Positions 8,933 to 18,218 of a stretch of DNA of 64,000 nucleotides are shown here, one piece after another. The notes beneath the pieces are model-generated. The model was not told the DNA's origin. It saw only the letters and a program-made list of their open reading frames with translations, and ran no database searches. The stretch is from Candidatus Levyibacteriota bacterium. GTDB lineage: Bacteria; Patescibacteriota; Microgenomatia; Levybacterales; UBA12049. A program made the translations under genes and the position numbers. The stretch's first letter is position 1. Each line of letters begins with the position of its first letter. The stretch spans positions 106,942 through 170,941 of the forward strand of contig SIBS01000001.1 of NCBI GenBank assembly GCA_009695045.1, given 5' to 3'.

Positions 8933-11275
8933 TTATCTGAAGCGCGATCCACCAGAGCGAGAACCAGAACCAGAACGAGAACCGCCACGATTAAAGCCTC
9001 CACCACGTCGATCAGTTCCACTTTTTTCCATTCTCTCTCGTCGAAATTGCATGGATAAAGGATGAGGAGCAACTACCGCAACCTGCACAGGAGTTGTATT
9101 ATTTTCTATATTTGCGTTTATAGCAACTGGTACAATATTTTCATTTAACTCTAGCTTATTTTGTTTCTTAGCATCTTCTCCAAAAAGCATAGAAAGATTT
9201 ACTCTCCCTTGTTCATCTATTTCAGCAACTCTTACTTTTACCACTTGACCTATTTGTACAATCTCTGTTGGATCTTTTACAAAACGGTTTGCCATTTGTG
9301 AAACATGAACCATTCCTTCTTTGCCAGGCAAAACTTCTACAAATGCTCCAAATGGCAATATTCTTCTTACTGTACCATCAAATTCTTCTCCAACAACAAG
9401 TTCTCTAGTAAGACCTTTTATCCAATTTACTGCTTTTTCAACCGCTTCCCCATCTAGAGATGATATAGTTACTGATCCATCATCTTCTACGTCTACTTGT
9501 GCTCCAGTTTTTGCAATAATATTTTTTATAACTCTACCACCTGGACCAATTACTTCCCCAATTTTTTCAACAGGTATCTTTATCATTTCTATTTTTGGTG
9601 CATAAGCTGAAATAGTAGATCTTGGTGCAGAAATTACTGCAAGCATTTTTTCTAAAATAAAGAGTCTTGCCTTCTTTGCTAACTCTAATGTTTCTGATAT
9701 TTGAGACAATGTTACGGGAACTTTTACATCCAACTGAATTGCTGTGATTCCGCTATCTGTTCCAGCAACTTTAAGATCCATATCACCTGAAAAATCTTCT
9801 AAGCCAATAATGTCAGTTAAAATAACATATTTATCACCTATAGACATCATTCCCATTGCAATTCCAGCAACTGGTTTTTTTATAGGTACTCCTGCATCCA
9901 TTAATGCAAGCGTTGATCCACATGTTGCAGCCATAGACGTGGATCCGTTTGAAGATAAAATTTCAGAAACCACACGAATTGTATAAGGAAAAATATCTTG
10001 ACTAGGAATTACTGCCATAATTGCTCTTTCAGCTAATGCACCATGACCAATTTCACGTCGACTTGGAGTTCCCATTCTTCCTGCTTCCCCAACAGAATAA
10101 GGAGGCATAGAATAATGATGAATATATCTCCTAGATTCTTCTCCTTCAGCAGATTCAATTAATTGTTCCATCCTAGGAGAACCAAGAGTGACTACTGAAA
10201 GACCTTGAGTATTCCCTCTTTGAAAAATTGCTGATCCATGCGTCCTTGAAAGAATCCCAGCTTCAACAAAAATTGAACGAACTTCATCCATTTTTCGTCC
10301 ATCTGCTCGCTTTGATTTATTTACTACATTTTCACGAATACCATTGAACATAATTGACTCAAAAGCTTTTGCAACAATTTTTTTATCTATCTTACTATCA
10401 ACATCATTAGTCTTTTCTTCTTCAAAAATTTTTGTTATTAATTGCTCTGTTTCTGATGCATCAGCCTCTTTTGTTGCTCGAAGTGGAATCATGGCAAGTA
10501 TTTCTTCTTTATATGTTTTTTCTATTCGGGCGATTAGTTCCTTAAGAGACGTATCTGGGGAGACGATAGTTTTCTGTTGACCATGTTCCTTTGCAAAACC
10601 TTCAATAAAGTCAATAATCTTTCCATTTTCTTCATGTGCTATTTTCAATGCCTCCATTGCTATTTCTTCTGATACCTGAAGAGCTCCTGCTTCTATCATG
10701 TATACTTTTTCTTTTGTTTGAGAAACAATTAAATCTAAATCAGCAGTTGTTATTTCTGATGATTTAGGATTAACAATATAATTAGTGGACCCTGTTAGTG
10801 AATTTGAAACTGCTGCAATTCGAACGGCTCCAACTGGACCACTCCATGGAATTTTAGAAATAGCAAGTGCCGCAGAAACAGCAACAAGAGATAATACGCT
10901 TGATTCATTTTCCCCATCAACTGATAATAACGTAACAACAATTTGTACTTCTTTTTTATATTCCTTTGGGAAAAGTGGTCTAACTGATCTATCAATAAGT
11001 CGAGCAGTAAGTATAGACTCATCTGAAGGTCTGCCTTCTCTTTTTACCCAACGGCTTCCCTTAATTCGCCCTCCTGCATATAAACGCTCTACAAATTCAA
11101 CTGTTAGGGGAAAATATCCTAAATCATCTCTATTTTTTCCTTCCACAATGGTTACTAATACTTGAGTATCACCCATTTTAGCAAAAATAGCCACAGTTGC
11201 CTGCAGGGCTAAATGACCAGTTTGCAAAGTTATTATTTTATCACCGAGTTTATATTCTACTGAAATTTTATTCAT
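8933..11275 (-). CDS. pnp: Polynucleotide phosphorylase with a C-terminal RGG/GS-rich tail
   Basis: Two RNase PH domains, KH (GPGGRVIKNI) and S1 (FGAFVEV) domains. Tail is GGGFNRGGSRSGSGSRSGGSRFR. Confidence 0.95.
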   Translation of the reverse strand: MNKISVEYKLGDKIITLQTGHLALQATVAIFAKMGDTQVLVTIVEGKNRDDLGYFPLTVEFVERLYAGGRIKGSRWVKREGRPSDESILTARLIDRSVRPLFPKEYKKEVQIVVTLLSVDGENESSVLSLVAVSAALAISKIPWSGPVGAVRIAAVSNSLTGSTNYIVNPKSSEITTADLDLIVSQTKEKVYMIEAGALQVSEEIAMEALKIAHEENGKIIDFIEGFAKEHGQQKTIVSPDTSLKELIARIEKTYKEEILAMIPLRATKEADASETEQLITKIFEEEKTNDVDSKIDKKIVAKAFESIMFNGIRENVVNKSKRADGRKMDEVRSIFVEAGILSRTHGSAIFQRGNTQGLSVVTLGSPRMEQLIESAEGEESRRYIHHYSMPPYSVGEAGRMGTPSRREIGHGALAERAIMAVIPSQDIFPYTIRVVSEILSSNGSTSMAATCGSTLALMDAGVPIKKPVAGIAMGMMSIGDKYVILTDIIGLEDFSGDMDLKVAGTDSGITAIQLDVKVPVTLSQISETLELAKKARLFILEKMLAVISAPRSTISAYAPKIEMIKIPVEKIGEVIGPGGRVIKNIIAKTGAQVDVEDDGSVTISSLDGEAVEKAVNWIKGLTRELVVGEEFDGTVRRILPFGAFVEVLPGKEGMVHVSQMANRFVKDPTEIVQIGQVVKVRVAEIDEQGRVNLSMLFGEDAKKQNKLELNENIVPVAINANIENNTTPVQVAVVAPHPLSMQFRRERMEKSGTDRRGGGFNRGGSRSGSGSRSGGSRFR

Positions 11276-11335
11276 TTTATTTTTATAATATATTTCTAAG
11301 AAGTCTTAGTGGAACTAAGAATATATCAATACTAA

Positions 11336-11611
11336 TTAATCTTTTAATCCGACTTTCTTTATTATTATAACAGATCTGTCCTTATCTACTTTTGACAGAA
11401 AATTAATAAGCCTTCTTCTTTTTCCAATCATAGATAAAAGTCCTCTGCGACTTCTAGTATCATGAGCATGAGACTTAAGATGATCCGTAAGACGTTCTAT
11501 ACGCTTTGTTAAAAGAGCTATTTGAACTTCTGGGCTACCAGTATCTCCACTTACTGTTTGATATTCTTTAATAATTTCTTGTTTTGTTGTTGTACTAAGA
11601 GGCATAATCAC
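11336..11611 (-). CDS. rpsO: 30S ribosomal protein S15
   Basis: 91 aa. The HLKSHAHDTRSRRGLL...RRRLINFL region is typical of S15. Sits immediately upstream of pnp, as in the conserved rpsO-pnp arrangement. Confidence 0.9.
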   Translation of the reverse strand: MIMPLSTTTKQEIIKEYQTVSGDTGSPEVQIALLTKRIERLTDHLKSHAHDTRSRRGLLSMIGKRRRLINFLSKVDKDRSVIIIKKVGLKD

Positions 11612-11656
11612 TATTATACCACTTTATTTTATCAATCGCAATAGAATTAATAAATT

Positions 11657-12640
11657 TTATAACTCCGTTGAGCCTTTATAAATCTTTGGAGTAAGCCAAT
11701 CATCTGGGGGAGATTTTACTTGTTGTTGACTATTTTTTCTACCTTTATTATCTTGTATTAATTGTTGAATTGGCTCATATTGTTGGTGTCTTAATTGTGG
11801 TTGATGTAGATCTTGCTGTGGCAATGGCTGTTGACGAATTGATTGTGGAAAAGACTGGCTTGGTTGAAAAACTGGATCAACAAATGCGCGTGGAGATATC
11901 TGCTCCATTATTCGAGTTCTATTTATATTTTTTCTCATAAGTATTCCTGCAATTTCAAAAGCAAGATAGCTAGTTGATTGTTTTTGAAAATTTTCTGTTT
12001 CACTTGCGATACCATCGAATAAATTTTGCGCCATATCATTATCCATATCTATACCAGATGATACTATTAAACTTGCTACTTGTTCAGATACGGAAGAAAA
12101 TTGCGGCGAAACAAGAACAATGTCACCAAATCCCTGATTTTCTACTTTATTATCTATATTTACAACAGTAACTCCTCTTAATGCTTCCATATTAAAAAGG
12201 TGTTCTAAGTCTTTTAATCGTGGCGTACCAATAATAAAAATTAAGCTTGAAACTCCACCGCCTCTCTTATATCTTACGTCTGCCTCAGAAAAACTGAGCC
12301 CACTTTCTCCTGCCTTTATAACGATATTAAGATTTCCTTTCTCAATTTTATAAGATACTTTTTCGACTTCTCCTTCATTATATGGAAATGAAACAGTTAG
12401 ATCGCCATCTTCGCTAATTAATTCTTTCTTTACCTTGTCGATTCCAACTAAAAATGATACACCTACTAATGGATCTCTTGGAGTCGCTACTAGCACTTTT
12501 TTATTCATTTGCTGAATTGCAAGAAATAGAGATAATGCTGCTGCCATATCATCTATACTATGATTTGTTCCTATCAAGATACTTATTTCAATATTTTGAT
12601 TAATGAGGTCTAGTACTTTTTGTACTGTGTTATTTTCCAT
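11657..12640 (-). CDS. DHH/DHHA1-family phosphoesterase (NrnA-like nanoRNase / pAp phosphatase) with a Q/P-rich C-terminal extension
   Basis: DHH-domain region with a glycine-rich stretch (RGGGVSS) followed by a DHHA1-like region. The last ~70 aa are low-complexity Q/P-rich. Confidence 0.65.
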   Translation of the reverse strand: MENNTVQKVLDLINQNIEISILIGTNHSIDDMAAALSLFLAIQQMNKKVLVATPRDPLVGVSFLVGIDKVKKELISEDGDLTVSFPYNEGEVEKVSYKIEKGNLNIVIKAGESGLSFSEADVRYKRGGGVSSLIFIIGTPRLKDLEHLFNMEALRGVTVVNIDNKVENQGFGDIVLVSPQFSSVSEQVASLIVSSGIDMDNDMAQNLFDGIASETENFQKQSTSYLAFEIAGILMRKNINRTRIMEQISPRAFVDPVFQPSQSFPQSIRQQPLPQQDLHQPQLRHQQYEPIQQLIQDNKGRKNSQQQVKSPPDDWLTPKIYKGSTEL

Positions 12641-12646
12641 GATAAT

Positions 12647-14092
12647 TTATTCATGAAATACTATCATGTCTCCTATAGTAAAGTCAAGCGCGGGGGAAAG
12701 AATTACGCCACCCTCTACTCCTTTTTCTATTTTAGATATCTGATTTTTACCTTGTCTCAGCGAAATAATCACACTTTCTCCAATAATTGTTTCATCTCGC
12801 AATATTCTTGCCTTATCTCCTCTTGCAACTCTACCCTCTAGTACTCGTATGCCCGCAACTTTTGTTTTTTCAAAAGGAAAACTTGCTAAGATAGTTGCGC
12901 GACCAAATATTTTTTCTTCTAAAGAAAGTTGCTTACCTTCTAATACATCTGCTAATTCATCTATTAACTCATAGATAATAGCATAATTTTTCATGAGTAT
13001 TTTCTCTTGTTTTGATAAGTGGATTACTTCTGATCTTATTTTTGTATTAAAACCTATTACTAATGCGCCGGTTGATTTAGCCAAGAGCACGTCTGCTTCA
13101 GAAATTTCACCACTTTTTTGAGAAATTATCTTTACATCCGCAGGCAAGGATCCTGCAATTGCCTCTAGGGAACCTAATGTATCACAGCAAAGAATAATTG
13201 ATACAACGTTTTTTCTTAAATGAGGCGAATATGAAGTTGGTATCACTATTTCCTGCATAGGTATCTGCTCATGATCAATTTCTCCTTTTTTAGTAACCGT
13301 TGCCCCAACAGATGGAACAGTAGTAAAACCTAAAACCTCAACAGCATCTCCAACTCCAACATTCTTCATTTGTTCACCTTTATCATTTATAAGCAGTCTT
13401 ACGCGAGCAGTAATTCCATCACAAACAATATCATCTCGAGTCTCAAGATTGCCACTTTTTATTATAATTGTTGCCTTAACTCCCATTTTCTGATCCAATC
13501 TAGACTCGATTATGATAGCCTTAAATAAATCTGTTGGAGAAATATTTTTACCACCATCATTTAATTCAAAGAAAAGCAGAATAAGATCTAATAATGCTTG
13601 AATATTATAATTAGTCTTTGCGGATACCCCTATGTAAGGTATATTTCCACCGAGACCTTCAAGTAATACGTCTAGATGAAGTAATTGTTGTTTTACTTTT
13701 TCAACATTATGATCAGGCAAATCAACTTTAGTAATAACAACTATATATGGAATTTTTGCATCTTTTAACAAAGATATGGCCTCTTTTGTTTGAGGCATAA
13801 CGCCATCGATAGCAGAAACGACAAGTAGTCCTATGTCTGCAGCCTGCGCACCACGAGAACGCATACGAGAAAAAGCTTCATGACCAGGAGTATCTATGAA
13901 TGTAATCCTTTGATTAACGCCATCATGAATTGTCTCTATTTGGGAAGCACCAATTTTCTGAGTAATGCCACCATGTTCGCGTGCAGCAATATTAGTCTTA
14001 CGAATTGCATCTAGTAAGGACGTTTTTCCGTGATCCACGTGTCCCAATACAGCTATTACGGGTGGTATTAATTGTTTTATTTTTTTATCCAT
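12647..14092 (-). CDS. infB: Translation initiation factor IF-2, minimal form (G domain to C2 only)
   Basis: Starts almost directly at the GTPase P-loop (VLGHVDHGKTSLLD), then DTPGHEAF and NKVD. It has beta-barrel domains II and C. Length 481 aa, lies downstream of nusA. Confidence 0.85.
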   Translation of the reverse strand: MDKKIKQLIPPVIAVLGHVDHGKTSLLDAIRKTNIAAREHGGITQKIGASQIETIHDGVNQRITFIDTPGHEAFSRMRSRGAQAADIGLLVVSAIDGVMPQTKEAISLLKDAKIPYIVVITKVDLPDHNVEKVKQQLLHLDVLLEGLGGNIPYIGVSAKTNYNIQALLDLILLFFELNDGGKNISPTDLFKAIIIESRLDQKMGVKATIIIKSGNLETRDDIVCDGITARVRLLINDKGEQMKNVGVGDAVEVLGFTTVPSVGATVTKKGEIDHEQIPMQEIVIPTSYSPHLRKNVVSIILCCDTLGSLEAIAGSLPADVKIISQKSGEISEADVLLAKSTGALVIGFNTKIRSEVIHLSKQEKILMKNYAIIYELIDELADVLEGKQLSLEEKIFGRATILASFPFEKTKVAGIRVLEGRVARGDKARILRDETIIGESVIISLRQGKNQISKIEKGVEGGVILSPALDFTIGDMIVFHE

Positions 14093-14164
14093 AAAAATAT
14101 TATACTTTAATTAATTATTAAAGGAGAATTAAGAAGAATTAGTATATAAAACAAATTAACGTTT

Positions 14165-15346
14165 TCATTCTTGATTCAATTCAGATTCCTCTAATGAATT
14201 TTCTTTTTTAATAAGCGCATCAATTACTTCTTCATTATCTAATTCCTCATTTTCCTTATTCCTTTTTGGTTTTTTAATTTTTTTTGCTTTATTTAGACTA
14301 TCGACTAAGGGCTCATTCATAGAGAGTATGGGAGTTTTTTCATCAGTGATCAAATTCTCATTCCCCTCTATTTCAATACGATAACCAGTAAGCTTTGATG
14401 CAAGTCGAACATTTTGTCCTTCTTTTCCTATAGCCAGAGACAATTCTTCTTTTGGCACCCTTACTTTCGCCACCATAGTTGATTCATCTATTTTTACTTC
14501 AACATTTTTTGCTGGCGAAAGAGATTGAGCAATATAACTTTTTATATCATCCTGCCATTGAATAATATCTATTTTCTCAAGTCCAGCGAATTCTTGTATA
14601 ATTGCCTGCACACGTACTCCTTTTTGACCAACACAACTTCCAACAGGATCAATTCCTGGCTGATTAGAATAAACTGCAACTTTTGCTCTATTTCCAGGCT
14701 CTCTCATGATTGCCTTAATAACAACACTTCCTTGCGCAATCTCTGGAACCTCACGTTTAAATAAGCCCTCTAGGAGACCATTACTAGCTCGAGAAACAAT
14801 AATTTCATCACCCCTAGAACCTTCCCTAATCTCCATAAGATGAACTGTTATGCGTTGATTTAAATTATATCTTTCATTTGATATTTGCTCTTGAGGAGGC
14901 ATGATGCCCTCTGCTTTTCCAATATCAACAATTATATTTGGCCCAGCAAATCGAAGAACCATTCCGTTAATTATGGTACCAATCCTTACCTTGTAATCAG
15001 TCAAAATTGCTTCTTTCTCTTTTTCACGAATTTTTTGAAGGATTACTTGCTTTGCAGTTTGCGCAGCAATGCGACCAAATCCCGGAGGAGTAACATCCTT
15101 ATTGTTAGAAAAAATCCGAGCCTCACCAGTACCAGAATCAAGAGAAGCCGTATAATCTTCAACATCTAATCCCGGATGATCTTTTCTATAAGCTGCAAGA
15201 ATAGCATTTTTTACCGTCTCCAAAACAACGGATGCATCAACGCCTCTTTCTGCTGCAACCTGATTTAATGCTAATGAAAATTCGCTTCTTTGCACTGCTG
15301 ACATAGTGGATATAATTATATCAGATTCAGCCTTAACCTTCAACAA
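14165..15346 (-). CDS. nusA: Transcription termination/antitermination factor NusA
   Basis: N-terminal domain, S1 and tandem KH domains (VGSCVGQKGVRVQAI). C-terminal acidic tail. Conserved nusA-infB order. Confidence 0.9.
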   Translation of the reverse strand: MLKVKAESDIIISTMSAVQRSEFSLALNQVAAERGVDASVVLETVKNAILAAYRKDHPGLDVEDYTASLDSGTGEARIFSNNKDVTPPGFGRIAAQTAKQVILQKIREKEKEAILTDYKVRIGTIINGMVLRFAGPNIIVDIGKAEGIMPPQEQISNERYNLNQRITVHLMEIREGSRGDEIIVSRASNGLLEGLFKREVPEIAQGSVVIKAIMREPGNRAKVAVYSNQPGIDPVGSCVGQKGVRVQAIIQEFAGLEKIDIIQWQDDIKSYIAQSLSPAKNVEVKIDESTMVAKVRVPKEELSLAIGKEGQNVRLASKLTGYRIEIEGNENLITDEKTPILSMNEPLVDSLNKAKKIKKPKRNKENEELDNEEVIDALIKKENSLEESELNQE

Positions 15347-15384
15347 GCCCTTTCTAAATTAGATAATAAAATAATGTTATTAAA

Positions 15385-17760
15385 TTAATTTATTGATGTG
15401 ATAAAAGTATTATTATCAACAGAAAAAACAATCTTACTTCCACGACCAATCTTGCTTTCCAATAAATTTTTACTTAATATATCTTCTATATTATCTTGGA
15501 TATATCGTCGGATAGGACGAGCGCCAAATTCTCTATCTGCTCCCTCAGTTACAATCTTAACTACAACATCTTTATTAAAAAAGACATCAATATCTTGCTC
15601 CGCAAGTCTCTTTATAATTTTGTCAAGAATAAGCTCCGTCACAATAGTAATTTCTTCTACTCCTAATGGCTTAAATGTAACTACTCCATCAAATCTATTT
15701 AGTAATTCTGGCTTAAAAACACTCTTAGTCTGTAGATAATCTGCAAGATTTTTTTGAAATAACTTATCTACTATTTTTCCCTTAGAAATCTCTTCTCGAA
15801 TAAATTCAGAACCAGCATTGGATGTTGCAATAATGATTGCATTAAGAAATGATACTGTTTTGCCCTTATTATCCGTAAGTCTGCCATCTTCTAAAACCTG
15901 AAGAAATAAATCAAGTATGCGGGGACTTGCTTTTTCAAACTCATCAAGAAGAACAAGTGAAAACGGCGCATCATGAATTTTGTCTGTTAATTCTCCACGT
16001 TCTTCTCCTTCCCCAGGAGTAGAGCCAAGTAATCTCTTTATTCCTGCTTCATCAACATACTCAGACATATCTAGACGAATAATTTTTTCTTCACCTCCAA
16101 AATAAGTGTCTGCAAGAGCTTTAGCAGTTTCAGTTTTTCCAACACCAGTTGGCCCAAGAAAGAGAAAAGAAATTGGCTTATTTGATGCACTAACACCACT
16201 ACGTAATCGACGCATTGCCTCAGCTATGCCATTCACAGCTTCGTCTTGCCCTATGATTCTCTTATGCAACTCTTTTTCTAAATTTAGAAGGATAGTTTTT
16301 TCCTCACCAGTTGCCACACCTACTGCTATATGAGTTTTTTCTTCTATCTTATTAATAACATCTTCTACGGTTACTATTTTTTTATTTGCGAAAGCAACAC
16401 TATTTGCGCTATCTGTGATCAAACGAATTGCACCACCAGGTAAAACATTCTCCTGCATATATCTATGTGCCAATTTTACAGATTCAACAACTGCTTTATA
16501 TGTAATATAGACTTTATATTTTCGCTCAATTATATTAGCTTTCTCAAGAACCATTTGTATTGCCTGCCCTAATTGTGGTTCTAGTAATCTAACCACTTCA
16601 AATACATCAAGTATATCTGAACGATTTTCCCCAAATAATTTATAATTTCCATCTGTTAATGTGGCAATTACCCTAATATCGCCAGATCTTAAATGTGGCA
16701 ATAATGCACCAGATAAATCAGAATGGAAAGTTGATGCGCCAAGAATATTTTGAATATTAGGTATATAAAGAATAATATTACCCGCATGCAATAATTCTTG
16801 AAAAATTGCCTGCAATCTAGTTTCCAACTCACCTTGATTATTTACTCCTGCAAGCAACGGCCCAATCATAAGCTCAAAAAATCTTTTATGATTTAACTCT
16901 TTTGATAAGAGTCCCGCATTACTTTCAAATGCCAACATCTCTACAATTGCTGTTTTACCACCACCAGGATTCCCTACTAATAATATGCTATTCTTTTCTT
17001 TTTTTGAAAGCCCTTCTGCTACCTTTTGATATTCAATATTTCTCCCAACAACAGTTGGTCTCTCGCGCAATACTCGAGCGGTAACATCAGTAATATATTT
17101 ATTTGTTTCCAGTGTCCATCCTGATATAAAAAATTCACCAATTCCCTCACCTAAGAAATTCACTTTACTAGATGGTGAATTTTCTTCATCTGGATAATCA
17201 AAATGCGTCCATAAAATTATATCTAAAAATTCATTTTGTTTAAGATTTTTTGAAAAAAGAAATTTAGATTCTTCTTCGATAAGTAAAATATAAGCAGCAA
17301 ATAAATCAACAGTTGTGACATACTTGACACGCATTTGCCTTGCTAATATAAATGCATATTCCCCAATTTTTTCTTCAGTTATTTTAATTATTGGTACTTC
17401 AATTGCTATAATCGAGGATTTATGAAAAATAAATTTTATTGCCTTATCTTTAAATAATTTCTTTGGATTGAATATATCGCTACTTTTACCACAAACTGTC
17501 AATGCATCAAGAGTAAATGAATCGATATAATTATCATCAATATTTTGCATTACTTGTATGATTGGCTTCTGACGACATATTTTATAATAAAAAAATATTT
17601 CAAACATTAAAAACCAAGAAAGAAAAAATATTGGCATAACAGAAATATTATTTACATCACCTATAAGAGCAATATATATAGAGATAATTGGAATAAAAAA
17701 ACGGACGATTCCGATTATTGAACTTTTATAGAAACTATAAAATCTTGCGTTATTTATCAT
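15385..17760 (-). CDS. Clp/Hsp100-family double-AAA+ ATPase with N-terminal transmembrane segments. D1 appears catalytically degenerate and D2 intact. No ClpP-docking loop.
   Basis: N-terminal ~60 aa has two hydrophobic helices. D1 Walker A is GNPGGGKT, but the Walker-B position reads ILYIPNIQ (DE replaced by PN) and the RRFQ arginine-finger position reads DVFE. D2 has GPTGVGKTETAKALA and Walker B LLDEFEKA. The linker LNLEKELHKRIIGQDEA is ClpA/B/C-like. No IGF/VGF loop was found. Confidence 0.8.
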   Translation of the reverse strand: MINNARFYSFYKSSIIGIVRFFIPIISIYIALIGDVNNISVMPIFFLSWFLMFEIFFYYKICRQKPIIQVMQNIDDNYIDSFTLDALTVCGKSSDIFNPKKLFKDKAIKFIFHKSSIIAIEVPIIKITEEKIGEYAFILARQMRVKYVTTVDLFAAYILLIEEESKFLFSKNLKQNEFLDIILWTHFDYPDEENSPSSKVNFLGEGIGEFFISGWTLETNKYITDVTARVLRERPTVVGRNIEYQKVAEGLSKKEKNSILLVGNPGGGKTAIVEMLAFESNAGLLSKELNHKRFFELMIGPLLAGVNNQGELETRLQAIFQELLHAGNIILYIPNIQNILGASTFHSDLSGALLPHLRSGDIRVIATLTDGNYKLFGENRSDILDVFEVVRLLEPQLGQAIQMVLEKANIIERKYKVYITYKAVVESVKLAHRYMQENVLPGGAIRLITDSANSVAFANKKIVTVEDVINKIEEKTHIAVGVATGEEKTILLNLEKELHKRIIGQDEAVNGIAEAMRRLRSGVSASNKPISFLFLGPTGVGKTETAKALADTYFGGEEKIIRLDMSEYVDEAGIKRLLGSTPGEGEERGELTDKIHDAPFSLVLLDEFEKASPRILDLFLQVLEDGRLTDNKGKTVSFLNAIIIATSNAGSEFIREEISKGKIVDKLFQKNLADYLQTKSVFKPELLNRFDGVVTFKPLGVEEITIVTELILDKIIKRLAEQDIDVFFNKDVVVKIVTEGADREFGARPIRRYIQDNIEDILSKNLLESKIGRGSKIVFSVDNNTFITSIN

Positions 17761-18101
17761 AAAAATGATTTATAAAACATAAGCGTTAATGTCGCAAGTG
17801 GTAGAAAAATAAATCCTAAAAAAATAATTATTTCAAAAACTAATACGGACATTATAATTACCATATCTGTAAGAATTATAAATGTTTTTATAAAAATTCC
17901 CATACCAATCGAGAAGCCTACTAGTCCTTCTCTGTATTCATTTTTCCACGGCTTAAAATATGTTTTTATTAAGAGAGCTATGGACAGGAGTCGGGATAAA
18001 GATATATTTAATGAAGAAAAATAACTAAATAATCCAATCGGAGCTTCAATATACCAAAATTTAAGAAATAAAAATGGTAATTGAAATATAAAAAAAATCA
18101 T
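17757..18101 (-). CDS. Small polytopic membrane protein of unknown function, between dnaJ and the Clp ATPase
   Basis: 114 aa with about 3 hydrophobic helices. Overlaps the Clp ATPase start by 4 nt on the same strand, suggesting translational coupling. Confidence 0.35.
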   Translation of the reverse strand: MIFFIFQLPFLFLKFWYIEAPIGLFSYFSSLNISLSRLLSIALLIKTYFKPWKNEYREGLVGFSIGMGIFIKTFIILTDMVIIMSVLVFEIIIFLGFIFLPLATLTLMFYKSFL

Positions 18102-18218
18102 AAAACTAAATCTATCTAATTATAGGAAGTTTATGAATAAATTACAAATAAATAACGAGCTTAAAATAATAATCTCAGAGAAGTACATTAAAAAGGCTCA
18201 TATTTTATTATAAGTAAA

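Noticed and set aside
8657-9072. Two small minus-strand ORFs (73 and 65 aa) between RNase J and pnp
   Set aside because: They lie in an extremely AT-rich spacer. One overlaps the pnp 3' end. They have no motifs and are likely random ORFs in A/T-rich DNA.
10785-11165. 126-aa plus-strand ORF (and other 60-95-aa ORFs) inside pnp
   Set aside because: Antisense to a highly conserved PNPase coding region. Composition is biased, with no start context or motifs.
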